A stretch of DNA of 64,000 nucleotides. Origin: the human T2T-CHM13v2.0 reference genome, Homo sapiens. A model generated the notes under the pieces. That model worked only from the letters and a program-made list of their open reading frames with translations. It did no database searches and was not told the DNA's origin. The stretch is from NCBI RefSeq assembly GCF_009914755.1, contig NC_060935.1. One strand, written 5' to 3'. Each line of letters opens with the position of its first letter. The stretch's first letter is position 1. This document shows positions 39,822 to 53,236 of this stretch, one piece after another. A program made the translations under genes and the position numbers.

Positions 39822-41559
39822 ATATACATATTTATCTTTTAGTATGTTTTCTCATATATGACTATCTGATGTTGTTACATGTGTATATATCTAGTCATAT
39901 ATATATTAATCCAATATAATATATTTTATACTCCTAGAGACAAAGAAATACATTTTTTCAATCAATAATGTAATTTTTGGTAGTTTGGTATATTCTAAAC
40001 AAAAATTGTTGATTTTTAAAAATTATATGTGTAGAACTCCTCGCAGTTTATACACTATGCCCATGTACATTTTTTCATATGGTGCTTACAGTATATTTGT
40101 TAGATAGATATTTTTATACTTTTTTTTGCACAAAAGGAAACTAGGAATGAAGATACGTAAGGGACTTTCCAAGGTCACACACCCACACAGATTCAAAAGT
40201 TGCAACTGCCTCTTTAAACCAGATAAGCCATTATACTCTTGTATCCCATTCCATCACTCTTGTTTTTTAAAATAAGCAAAGTGTGTCTGAAGAAAACCAA
40301 GTGATTACAGACAGTTGTAGATCACGTTAGAAGCAGAGGTAATAGAACCATCGGCATTTGAATTATCAGTTTACTTCCAAGCCGCTGCTGGATATTGCTT
40401 CCCTAGGCACAATGGCTTCCAGTAAAACATAGTCTGCATTGCTTATATGTAAAAGATATAAAAGTGACCATAAACAATTCCTTTTTCTTTTCAGTCATAG
40501 CAAAACCTCTATATTAATGTGAACATATAGATTAATGAAAAAAATGAACATTAGATTCAACTTATAAATGAACATTTCATTCTGTTTTTCCTAGAATCTT
40601 TACTAAGCTCATCTATCAAGTTTACTCTAAATAATGTTTATCATGATAAGTGCTGAATTTTTACTGGTGAACAAAATAATCAGACCCCTGTCATCTCAGA
40701 ATTCATAGACTAATGAAGAACATGAGAAGGTAAAGAAATATTCGAATAGATGAGAAAGCATATCTCTTGAGAAAGAAGGGAACCTCGCTCGGAGTGCACA
40801 GAGCTTGCCATGACTTCCTCAAAGAGTAGCATTTTAGTTGAAGACTAAAGAATGCATTATCCACACCAGATGAATGGGGTTGTCAAGGAGAAAGAAGGAA
40901 TACTCAAATATAAAGACAGAGAGAAAAGCATATGTGAAGGAAAGAAAGTGCATGATAATTCTGCAGAATTAAAAACTGTGCCAAGTGTTTGGATTATGGA
41001 CTGGGGAGTGGTGAAAAGAAGTAATCAGCAGTTGTGTCAGATTGCTGATTTAGTATGGAATATCTCGCTTTTTCAAAGCATATTATATGACGTATGAATG
41101 TCCTTTAAAAGCATGCTATATGAACATTAAGTAATGGTTTGCATTGTAAGTATTGTAAGCAATGTTGGCCTTGGGATGCTAATAGCTGTGAGGACACCAC
41201 ATACCACCAGCAAAGGTGGTACTTCTACTATTACTGAATCACACTATTTCAAACATCATCTGTAATTTAGGATTTGAGATTATTTTTCAGCAGCACATGT
41301 TCACACGGGAAAATATCCCCTTTGGTTTTTCATTCACTCGTCAGCAGATAATTACTCTAGAAGCTTTTATAAAAGATAAGTTGGTGTTTCTCATTACTGA
41401 AGAAGTTACATTATTGGGAAGAAGTTCTGATCACCATAAATGTTAATATCTCTATGTTCCACATCTTATTTTAAAAATGTTTAAAAGTATTTTAGAAATG
41501 GAAATTAGGAATAACAGAATGATATGATGTGAAACAGAGTACCCAGAAGAACTGTGATA

Positions 41560-41675
41560 GAAATAGATCCATCATTATAGCATGACCAATATATAAAACT
41601 TTGTTTTTATTTTTTCTTAAGCCACTGAGATTATAGTTTGTCATTGCAACATAATTTAGCCCATTCTGGCAAATG
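41560..41675 (+). mobile_element. Old MLT1 LTR 3' fragment
   Basis: 'ttaagccactgagattatagtttgtcattgcaacataatttagcccattctggcaaat'. Confidence 0.55.
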
Positions 41676-41770
41676 TGGATGTTTTCATTGTTTTATTCAT
41701 TAGGAAACAGTTCTCATTTGTTTAGATTTTTCATAGATAGTATGAATGAAATTTAAAATTGTGTCTACCC

Positions 41771-41940
41771 ATGACTAGATACATATTTTTAGGGCCCAAT
41801 TCAACATGAGAATTTAAGATGCTATTAAAATATTATCAATAATTTCAATATGGTGAAAGCAGAATATTAAAACAAGCGTGGGATCTAAGCAGGTGACTCT
41901 GTACAACTGCACATGTTGCACGCCCATCAGTTCCATCTTG
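41771..41940 (-). mobile_element. MER91-like element
   Basis: Reverse-complement similarity to the copy at 18558 ('tgcacatgttgcacgcccat', 'aataatttcaatatggtgaaagcaga'). Confidence 0.65.
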
Positions 41941-44019
41941 TGTCTATGAGATGTCAGCTCTTTGTCTATAAGTGGTGTGTGTTTGTGTGTGTGTGTAGGT
42001 GTGTGTGTTTGTGTATATCCTTGGGAGTAATAGGAGTGTAGGAGTTGGTTGGCCAAAAAACTTAGAAAAGGTACAAATTCTGTCCTGATTTTACTTCTTT
42101 TTTACAAGAAAAGAAGGACATTTGAAGGATGTTTCCCCACTTCTCCACAACCTAAGGTGATACATGTTGAACTTTCTTTGAGGTGCTAATGGAATTTAGG
42201 AATTAAGGAATACAGAAAATTACGGAGTCAGTGGGGTATACAAAAGTGACCTTATACTGAAAATTCAGTAATTCAGTCAAGATCTTCTTATTAGAAATCT
42301 ATTTTACAAATTGAATCTTGGGATATATTTAAACATCAGATTATAATTATATATATATTTAATAAAATGTTTGCACTGGAGTTTATAAAATTCACATGGA
42401 AATAAAATTTATACAGTTTGGGATAAAATAGGAAAAGTGTACTAGCCTGCTGATCTCTTAAATACTGCGAACCTATTTAATACATCTTTAAAAAATGTGT
42501 GAATTCTATATTTGTCCTAATTAATAAGACTTTTACTCCTGTTGCTGACAGCACTTGAATTAGCATGACCCTAGTCCTCTACTAGACAATCATGTTCAAA
42601 AAAGATTACCAGCAAAAATATTCACCTATGCAGTTCACTAAGCATATTATTTTGCATGCTACTTGTATTTTCTACATGAAAATTGCATAACTCAACTTCT
42701 CCCACAAATAAGTCATCAAAATTATTTTAATAAAATAGATTAGTACAGTACCTGATAATTACATTCAAGAAAGTATCAAATATTTTAATAAAAACTATAT
42801 TCATCAAAGCCTACAACAAATGTTGAACAAAGTAGAAAAGACATATGTTACACCGAAGATTTCAATACCACACTGAATTTTATTGTTTATTTGGGTCATT
42901 GCAGTTTATAAATTAACTTATTTCGATAAAAATGTAATAAACGTCTATTATACACACAGGGTCTCCAATAGAAACTTCATAAATTTTAATGGAAAAATAA
43001 ATAAGGGATTCTTAATCTCAAGAAGGTTATGTCATAATCTGAAATACGCTTTTTCCTAGGAAATCAGCTTATTTGCCATAAATAGAAAAGGCAGGACATT
43101 AATCTTATAAATGATTACTCTAATTGAAAGTATAAAAACAAAGATTTATTAAAACAAAAATAATTTTAATACGAGTTTTCTATTACAGAATGAATTAACA
43201 AGGCTAGATTGTGAATGCACACGTTTCTTTTGTTGGCACCATTATTGACTAAGGTATTTATAGAGATAATGCATTTGCCACTCGCCTGAAAGCCTTAAAA
43301 TCCATGAATGATATTAAGTTTTGAAGGAGATAGTTAACCAAATTACATTTAAGTGCCCTTCAGGGATCTAAACCTAGAGTTAATTTCAATATTGTAAAAG
43401 CAATATTGAAGCTACAGCACTGAATGCTGGCTTATTCTATTTTTACACTAAGTAAAAAATAAAAGTAACTTACTAATGTTTAGCAGATGGTAATCACTGA
43501 AATTTTGTCTAACATTGATTTACATGTCAGGTATGAGAAACATCTTCTGACTATGCATTCTTTTTACTATCCCCCTTTTTTTAAAAAAAATTATCTCCCT
43601 TTTTAATTTGAATAGGATTGTACTAAACGTTACAGTGAGGTGAGATTTACAAATGGCATTATTTCTTCTTTTGTAAATGCCAAAGTTCATGTCAAATCTA
43701 AACTTTGCCTCAATAGTCATACGAAAGGCAACCGTATTAATGGATAGTTTCCCATTCAGGCAAAAACATGAATTAACTAAAATATAATCTACGGTACTTT
43801 TAAAAATACATACACACAGGATATAGAAGCATCATGCCATCAAAATTGTATCTTTTTCAGAGTAACAGTTACACCTTCAATGTGCTCATACTGGTGATCT
43901 GTTACATTATATTCCCTCTTTGATGATGGATACAGGAGTTAACATCTCCACGCACTTATCACCCCTTAATTTATCTAAATTCTTCTCAAACCTATTTTCT
44001 ATATTATAACTTCCATTAT

Positions 44020-44468
44020 TTATATGAGTTGTCTTGAAAGCAGGACCTAAGTTAACATCTTGAGTGTGGGAAGTTTATTTTACAGGTAATGATGGAACGC
44101 AGTAGTGAGGAAAGGGGGAGAATAAGGCAGAAAAAAAGGAAAAGGAATAAAGTACTGTATGTGACTAACTTGGTTACTACTGTTGGCAACTAAGACTCAA
44201 TCCTGATAGGAACCTTCTGAGGAATTATATAAAATGCACCTCAGAATTGCCTATTTGAAATCTGTCAGCTGAAGCATTTCTCCATTAACTCCGGATACCT
44301 TGGTTGGAGGCTGTTATCAGGGATGTTTACTTACCTGTAATTCCAGTCATATTTATGTCCTTGAAATGAAATTTTGCCAGTGAAGTTGAGAATTTTCTAC
44401 CATAACTCTAGCTGAAACCATGAGTGAGTCAAAGGTATGTAGCATGGCACACAAATAGCCTCTGCTAC
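44020..44468 (-). mobile_element. LTR33-like ERVL solo LTR
   Basis: 'agtttattttacaggt...ttactactgttggcaactaagactcaatcc...ttggttggaggctg'; ends 'tctgctaca'. Confidence 0.7.
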
Positions 44469-45077
44469 ACCATTTCTTTGGGGGAAAGAAAAAACCCTTA
44501 AAATAAATTCCTAACTTATTACATAAAGAGATAAAGAGGTATTTCCCTGTGTTTCTCTAAAACTAAGTATCCTCTTGTAACACTCACCTAAGAATACTAA
44601 GTTTTAGTTTTTACTTTAATTATATCCTGAGACTCCTAATGAATCCCACAGCACTTGGTGCATCCCTCTCATAAGTTACGCTTATCTATTAGTATAATCA
44701 TTCATGTATTTTTAATGTTTATGTTAGATTTCATAGTCCTTGTCAGTAGTGATTTATTTTACTTATTGTTTATCTGTACAAGGGATGATACTAATTGACC
44801 TTTTGCACTATTACTGAATTGAATTACATAGAGTATCTTCATGATACCTCTATGAATTTTGATCAAATCCATTTCAGCCTTTGTCTTTCTAGCTCTGCAG
44901 TACTGATTTATTTTAATATTACTGTATGTGGAAGTGCTCTGCTAAAATTGGATTTACTGGCCTTTCAAAAGTCCCTTTATATCATTCGAGAGATGTAGTG
45001 TCATAATAGTGGAGAAACTCTCGTAGTAAGAAATTGTTAAATCATGAACCTGACAACCTTTTGGAAATGCTCAGAGG

Positions 45078-45240
45078 TCTTCTTCTTCTCCTTTTCCTTC
45101 CTTCTCTTTCTCCTTCTCCTCCTCCTCCCCCATCCCATCCCCCTTCTTCTTTCCTTCCTCCTTCTCCTTTTCTTCTTCTTCCTTCTTTTTTCTTTCCTTC
45201 CTTCCTTTTTACTCTTTCTTCCTTCTTTATTCCTCATTCT
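45078..45240. repeat. Polypyrimidine (CT/CTT/CCT-rich) low-complexity tract
   Basis: Read directly from the sequence; almost G-free on the + strand. Confidence 0.95.
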
Positions 45241-45528
45241 TAAAACCATGTTATAGAAGTATCATTTTTATTCCTAAAACATTTAATGAAAAAAATACTC
45301 GAATTAAAGGCATATCCATTAATTATCTTCTTTTTTAAAAAGTAAAATAGGCTTGCATATAGTAGTAATCAATACATAGCCATTCTTGCTTGATCGGTAA
45401 TTAGAACTCAAGTTTGTTCCTCGTAAACATTCATCTGTCAAGCATCTTCTGTGTGTATATATGTGCAAGACCCTATATGAGAGGTTGTCATAAGTAGCAA
45501 TACAGCTTAGTGAGTATCAAACAATCCG

Positions 45529-45893
45529 TGTTATAGACTAAACATTTGTATCTCCCTGAAACGTATATGTTAAGTCTTAATGCCTAGTGTGATGCTATTC
45601 GGAGGTGAGACCATTGGAAGGTGATTGGACCATAAACGCAAAACTCTTACGAAGGGGATTAGTGCCCTTATAGAAGAGGCTCAAGAGAGCTCCCTTCCCC
45701 CTTCTTCCATGTGAGGTTACACTGGAAAAGGGGTCTTTTTAACCAGAAAGCAGTCCTTCACCACATACAGAATCTGCTGACACCTTTAGATTGGACTTCT
45801 CAGCCTCCCAAACTGTGAGAAATAAATTTCTGTTGTCTATAAGCCACTCAGTTTGTGGTATTTTTGTTATAGCACCCTGAATGAAGTAAGAAA
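45529..45893 (+). mobile_element. MLT1A0-like solo LTR inserted in a MIR (MIR resumes ~45894-46090)
   Basis: 'gggattagtgcccttatagaagaggctcaagagagctccc...aaataaatttctgttgtctataagccactcag'. Confidence 0.88.
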
Positions 45894-46167
45894 GACCGGG
45901 GCTAGGTTCTGGCTTTTCCTGCAATTAGTCAACTACTTCATTTTTGACAAAATACTTTAATTGAATTTCCATTTCTTCATTTGTGAATGGGCACAAAAAT
46001 AACTATCTTGTACATCTTTTAGAAGGAAAAATTAAATGAAATGTAATAACATAATGCTTATAATATCTTACATATAGTATACATTTTTAAAATTTAGAGG
46101 TAAAATATAAATTAGAAATCAGTGTTGACATCAAGGGGCATGCCATTCTTAGAAAAGATAAAATACT

Positions 46168-46471
<304 letters not shown>

Positions 46472-47339
46472 AAAAGATAAAATACCAGCACATGAATAAC
46501 AGACCTGCAAGGTAAAGAGTGAGAAGCAAAGAAAGGAAGGAGACACAGCTAGCACTTTCAGAAAAAGAAGTGAGTAAATATAATTATTGAAAATTAAGGG
46601 AAGATTTTAGAATGAAATGTCATTTAAATAGGCTCATTTGTGAAAGAAGAGGTTTGGTGAAAAAATATGTTTCTGAAAATGATCTATTTTGAGAACAATC
46701 ACCCTATGCTGTATTGATTTTGCTAACTTTTTCAGACACATGATCAACTTTCCCTCCAGCAGCATTTGATAATTTTTACCCTAGAATGAGGTTGCATTCA
46801 TTTCTTCACAATATAGAGAAAATAATATTACAAATGCCTACACATTTTATTTCTATTTACCTTTCTTATATTGCTAGAGAAATTGAAATTTCTTATGTGT
46901 GAATTGATCACTTGCATTTCTTTTTAGTGAATTTATTTGTTGTGGCATTTTCCACAATAATATTTTATATCGATTTCCCCCAAAATTTATCTGCACACTT
47001 AACACTGTGAATAGTAGATTAACAGTGGGAGAAAATATCTGATGTTCTCTTTAAGTTCAATTCTATTATGTCCTAGTAGTAACTTTTCATTTTGGAGATA
47101 TCTGCACTTAAATTATTACTTAAATCGTCTTTTTTATGTGCTTCGTGGTATAGCTGACATTGTTTTATTTTAAGGCGTTTGGATGTTGATTTCCTATTCT
47201 CAGGTTGCACGTTACATAATAGGCATGCAATTGGCCAACAAAATAAATATTCTCTCTATATCATGGAGATCATAGTATAGTGGGAGAGATGGATGTTTTG
47301 AAAAACACAAAAATATAAAAAGATATTGAATGAGTTTAT

Positions 47340-47860
47340 AGAGTAGAGGGACATGATTCAATTTATGATTTAAGAGTATTATCTCATCAATGTATAAAAA
47401 TAATATCTGACTTGAGAAAGTGGGTAGATGGCAATGCCATTTATTGAAAAGGAAAAAAGTGGTTGGCGAGTTAGGAAACAGATGAATACATTTAGATAGA
47501 AGAATCAGAACTCTCATTTGGATCTGTTGAATTTTAATTGCTCATAGGGCATCCAAGTAAATAGAGTAAGCTGCTGGATACATAAATATGGAATGCAGTA
47601 CTGGTATTTGTTCTGGGATGTAATTTGAGAGTCAATAGCATAAAGATGTTCCTTACATTCATAGAAATGTGATATACTATATGGCAGTCAAGGTGAGGCT
47701 TAATGAAGGAAGAGGACCCAACAAAAGATAAATAGTAAAAGAGGTGAGAGGAAAACCAGTAAAGAATGGTATTCCAGAAGTATGGAGAAGATTTTCAAGA
47801 AGGAAGAATTGGTTCTAGGCAAATTATTTTTGAGAGTTTGAGTAAGGTTTGCTGTTGGAG
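47340..47860 (-). mobile_element. L2 fragment
   Basis: 'gggtagatggcaatgccatttattga...gggcatccaagt...atttgagagtcaatagcataaagatg'. Confidence 0.6.
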
Positions 47861-47904
47861 GAAAAAAATGGTGATGTTTGCTTCTCTCCCCACCAAATTC
47901 AAAT

Positions 47905-49070
47905 TTGAACTATTTATAAGGTATAGGCAAATGCATGAATCACAAATATGCAGTATGATGAATTTTCAAAAACTGAACTCACCCATATAATCAGCACACA
48001 GATTAAGAAACAGAGTATTGCCATCATCTGAGTGGCCTGCTTTGTACCTCTTTCTGGTGACTGTCCTACCCAAGGATGACCACAATCCTGATTCTAACAC
48101 GACCAGTTTGCCTTTCCTGTTTTTGAACTTTATATAATTTTAATTATATACTACGTATTTTTGAGTACACCTTCTTTTGTGCAATATTATAATGTGAAAT
48201 TTATCCATGGTGTTACATAAATAGAATTTGTTCATTATCATTGTTAAATACATTTTCACTCCCTGAATATTATTGACTGAATGTTTATTTCCCTCCAAAA
48301 TTCATAGGTAGAAGCCCTAACACCCAATGTATTGGTATTTGGAAGTGGGATCTTTGGGAGACAATTAGCTTTAGATGACATTCATGAGGGTAGGGCTCCC
48401 ATGATGGGAGTAGTGTCCTTCTAGAAAGTGTGAGAGAGGCCACAGCTTTCTCTTCTTCTGCCATGTGAGGGCACAGTGAGAAGACAGCCATCTTCTCCAG
48501 ACTTCTTCCTGGTGAGGAAGAGCACCCTCTTCAGGAATCAAATCTGATAGCATCATGGACCTCCCAGTCTCCAGAACTGTGGGAAATAAATGTTGTTTAA
48601 GCCATCCAGTCCATGCTATTTGTTATAGCAGCCCGAGCGGACTAATACAGTGAATATATCACAATTTTAGGTATGTTTTCTGAAGAGTAATTTCCAATGA
48701 GGTACTATTCTGCATACTGCTATTATGAATAACTTTGCATATTTATTTTAGGAAATATATATATACACAAACACTATTCTGTTAGTATATACATAGGAAT
48801 GGAATTGTGGGTCATAGAGTAGATATATGTTTAGCATTAGCAAATATTTAGAAACAATCTAAATCTATTTGTACCAATTTATATGCCCAAGTCAATATGT
48901 GAGAGTACCACACGTTCAAATACTAGCCAACCCTTGGCTAGTCTTTTCCATTTTGACATTATAGTGGGTGTGTATTGGTATATAATTTTAATTTTATTAT
49001 ACATTTTGATGATTACTAATAATGTTGAGATATCTTTTATCTACTTAGTATTTGGATATATATATGGGTT
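47905..49070 (-). mobile_element. L1ME/MC 3' end split by an MLT1A LTR
   Basis: Antisense L1ME 3'UTR at 47905-48267 continues at 48650-49070. Confidence 0.7.
48268..48649 (+). mobile_element. MLT1A-family solo LTR
   Basis: Ends 'gttatagcagcccgagcggactaataca'; TSD ctgaa/gtgaa. Confidence 0.88.
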
Positions 49071-49509
49071 GCTGTTTTGGTTTCAATGTTGCTGACTTTA
49101 ATACTGTTAATCAGTACACATTGGAGAGTGAATCAGAAATGTAGATGACTATTTCACATACTCAGTGGGTCTTTCTGGAGTTGTGCTTCCATTGGTTTAT
49201 TCATTGTATTCTAAGGATTCCCTTGAATTTGTGCATACAGTGTCAACATTCATCCGAGAAGTATGGAAAATATATAGAATATAATTTTATTGAAAAAAAT
49301 GTATTAAAACAATTAACGAAAACAAGAACCTGAGTTAAAACTCTTTAATTGAAGCTTTTGAAATAATATTTTCCTAAATATCATCTAATTACATCTAACA
49401 CATAGAAGTAAATTATATTTAAAAAGAAGTTTGAAGAGTTAAGCCCCAAAAATCATTCTTAAAAGTTTGAATCACTGGCATGTAACCTAAATTTCCAAAA
49501 TGTCAGAAA

Positions 49510-49618
49510 AATAGATACAGAATAATTTAGGTATAATTATGGTATACCTAAATAAGTATGAAATATCTAAATATATTTAGGTATACCATAATTATACCTT
49601 AATTATGCTGTATTTATT
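49510..49618. repeat. Inverted repeat with 45-bp arms (42/45 paired) and a 19-nt spacer
   Basis: 49510-49554 is the reverse complement of 49574-49618 with 3 mismatches. Confidence 0.92.
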
Positions 49619-49825
49619 ATAATTATGTTAGATAATATTTTAATTATGGTAGATAATATTTTGGATTGAGTGAATATGCAGGTTATCACTTTCTATATAT
49701 CAATGGAAATTTTTTAAATTACAACCTATGAAGGCCTCACAATGAAAATTTTCTAGATTAAATCCATTAGTTCAAGTTTTTCTAATTGTACTGTAAATGA
49801 AATATCTTCTCCATTATCAATCTCG

Positions 49826-50882
49826 CTTTATTTATTTTTAACACTTATTTTAGGTTCAGTGGTACATGTGCAGAGTGTTATATAGGTAAACCCAAGCCAT
49901 GGGGTTTTGTTGTACAGATTATTTTGTCATCCAGGTATTAAGCCTAATATCTATTAGTTATTTTTCCTGATTCTCTCCATCCTTCCACCCTCCACCTTCA
50001 AGTAGGCCACAGTGTCTGTTCTCTCTATGTCCATGTCTTCTCATCATTTGGCTCCCACTTATAAAATGAGAACATACGGTTTTTGGTTTTCTGTTGCTGT
50101 GTTAGTTTGCCAAGGATAATGGCCTCCAGCTCCATCTATGTTCCTTCAAAGGACATGATCTCATTCTTGTTTGTAGCTGCATAGTATTCCATGATGTATA
50201 TGTAGATTTTCTTTATTCAGTATACCATTTATGGGCATTCAGTTTGATTCCATGTCTTTGCTATTGTATCTAGTGCTGCAATGAACATACGCATACATGT
50301 GTCTTTATGATAGAACAATTTATATTCATTTCGGTATAAACGCAGTTATGGGATTGCTAGATCAAATAGTAGTTCTGTTTTTAGATCTTTGAGGAATCGC
50401 CACCCTGCTTTCCACAATGGGTGAACTAATTTACACTCCCACCAACAACATATTAGCATTATTTTTCTCCACAACCCCACCAGCACCTGCTATTTTTTGA
50501 CTTTCAATAATAGCCACAGTGAGATGGTATCTCATTGTGTTTTTGATTTGCATTTTTCTAATGATCAGTGATACTGAGTTTTTCTTTCGTATGTTTTGGT
50601 CACATGTATGTCTTCTTTTGAAAAGTATTCATGTATTTTGCCTATTTTTGGATGGGGTTGTTTGTTTTTATTCTTGTAGCTTTGTTTAAGTTCTGTGTAG
50701 ATGCTGGACATTAGACCTTTGTCAGATGCATAGTTTGAAAAAATTTTCTTCCATTCTTTAGGTTGTCTGTTTATTCTGTTGATAGTTCTTTTACTGTGCA
50801 GCAGCTCTTTAGTTTAATTAGATCCAATTTGTCAATTTTTGCTTTTGTTGCAATTGCTTTTGGTGTGTTTCTCATGAAATCT
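49826..50882 (-). mobile_element. 5'-truncated L1PA13-15-like element
   Basis: 3'UTR 'ggttcagtggtacatgtgcag...ccctccaccttcaagtaggcc'; antisense ORF2 ends at 'ctcatgaaatct'. Confidence 0.93.
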
Positions 50883-51112
50883 GGGTGTGACAGCTGTCAC
50901 CCCACAGATCACCAGTTGACCCCACTGATCACCGTTGATTCGGCTCATCTGGCTAGATGGGTGTCTCCTTCCTTCCTCACCACTCCATGTGTGTCCCTAC
51001 TGAACCTGCGTGTTTGGTTGAAGAGAACAGCCATCCTTGATAGAGGAGGACCAGTCTTCAATAAAGGATATACGAGTGGCTGTGCTTGCCTGCTACAACC
51101 TCCAAACATGCT
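50879..51112 (+). pseudogene. 7SK snRNA (RN7SK) retropseudogene, about nt 14-234, 3'-truncated, with an internal ~20-nt duplication
   Basis: Colinear with 7SK: 'ctgtcacccca', 'gttgattcggct', 'ccttccttcctcaccactccatgtg', 'gatagaggaggaccagtcttc', 'tatacgagt', 'cctgctacaacctccaaaca'. Confidence 0.95.
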
Positions 51113-51808
51113 ATTAGTCTTGTGAATAAAGGGATGAGCCATATAACTAGACGCTGAGAAAGACCAGAACAGTGCTGGTTTAGAAACGGAGGACCACTGC
51201 ATTCTTAGTTCATGTTTGGAAAGTGCTTTCAAAAAATTTCAAGTACTTGGATGATCTTTAGATGCCATTGCTTTGAAATAATCTTTATTTTATAGCACAA
51301 ATAAAATATAACACCCCCATTGAATATCTATGTCCCGTTATCTCTGATAGATTTCCATAGGTATAAACCTTTAATCTGAAGGTCACACAAGGCTTGGGAA
51401 AATACCATCATCAAGGGTCAGGTGAGTATATTGTATATTTTTAATTGCATAGTTCGAGTCACAGATGCAGATGTACAAAATTTGGTCAGATAATTTTCTG
51501 AAGATTTTCTAAATCTTGAATTTTCTCAAGATTGGACAGGACTTTGGGTTAATTAATAATTTATCAGAATAGCACATTGCACATAATTTACCCAGGCTTA
51601 TATATTCTCTAAAATATATAAAATTAATTCAAAATAAAATGTTTTAGTCAAATACAACTTTACTTTCCACCATAATTTTACAATGAAATGTTATTATATT
51701 TTAACTTAAGAGCTTGGGCTCAGCTTCAGTAGGCCTGTTATGGCATTGTTTAACTCCCCCACAGCCTTAAATACTACAGGAATAAGTAGGAATTTTCAAG
51801 GGTTTTAA

Positions 51809-52123
<315 letters not shown>

Positions 52124-52680
52124 GGTTTTAGCTATTCTTTCATTCCCTGTACAAAACAACACAAAGACACATCCTGCCACTGACATATTCTGGCCTGGGC
52201 CAAATGTAGGATTATTGGGTTGTCTGAACAGTCTCAGCCTCCCAGGGCAGTAAAGTTTTCTTAAAAAAGAGAGCTTGTAGAATGGGTTTGCCCACAACTC
52301 ACTGCAAAATCTCAGGCGATTTGGCAACTTTTTAAAGGTAAAATATGTTCTGATCCATTTTGTTACTTGCTCGGGGGCAGCAATGAAACACCAGAGGTGG
52401 TATCCTGTTATGACCCTTCTGCCTACAGTATTTTCAATATTAATATCTAATGGTGGGTATCTTATTTCATTTGAGACACCAAGGGTCAGATTCCTCTATT
52501 TACTTATGGACATATTAAGCAACAATAATGCAGGCAAGCATAATTTTAAAATAAAGAGTGATTTTATAAAAGTAATTTTGAATTTCTTTTTTTCTTTTTT
52601 TCCTAGATGACCATATTTTTTATTTTAAAAAATAGAAATAATACTTTTAAAATGGTGAACAATTCTTTTACATATATATA

Positions 52681-52839
52681 TATTTTTATTATACTTTAAG
52701 TTCTAGGGTATGTATGTACAACATGCAGGTTTGTTACACATGTATACATGTGCCATGTTGGTGTGCTGCACCCATTAACTAGTCATTTACAGTAGGTATA
52801 TCTCCTAATGCTATCCCTCCAACCTCCCCCCAACTCCAC
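52681..52839 (-). mobile_element. Short L1PA4/5-like 3' end
   Basis: 'ttattatactttaagttctagggta...gccatgttggtgtgctgcacccattaact...ctcctaatgctatccctcc'. Confidence 0.9.
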
Positions 52840-53236
52840 TTTTTATGTTCTTTTTTCTTCTTGCTATAGATCTAATTTATTTTCTGAGAAGGTCCATACA
52901 GAGATTTACTATCCCTTGCTTTAGGAACAGTTGTCATAGTTTATTAAACCCATTTATTTTCTACCAAAAGGAAGATATGTCTAATGGCATATAAAACCAT
53001 TCAATGAGTACTTCATAATATGAGTGAAAGGTGAGAATTCTTTGTATTAATAAACAATACATCTTAGGAAAGCTTAAAAATATTAAAATAGATGAAAATA
53101 AGTGATGTATAGAAACATATTTTAGGTCAATAACAATCTAAATACTATATTTATTTATTAATTATGTACCAGTATACCCAGTTTCAGAATGGTTGTAAAG
53201 TTAATTTTTTTATATAGCAGCAGCAGCAACATTATT

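Noticed and set aside
45034-45256. Overlapping Pro/Ser/Leu-rich and Arg/Lys-rich ORFs
   Set aside because: Artefacts of a stop-free polypyrimidine tract.
50879-51112. Functional 7SK gene
   Set aside because: It lacks the first ~13 nt, the 3' ~100 nt and the U-tract; upstream is L1 rather than a PSE/TATA promoter; many CpG transitions.
50763-51232. 120-aa and 95-aa ORFs across the L1/7SK junction
   Set aside because: Chance frames through antisense L1 and a non-coding RNA copy, with non-ATG starts.
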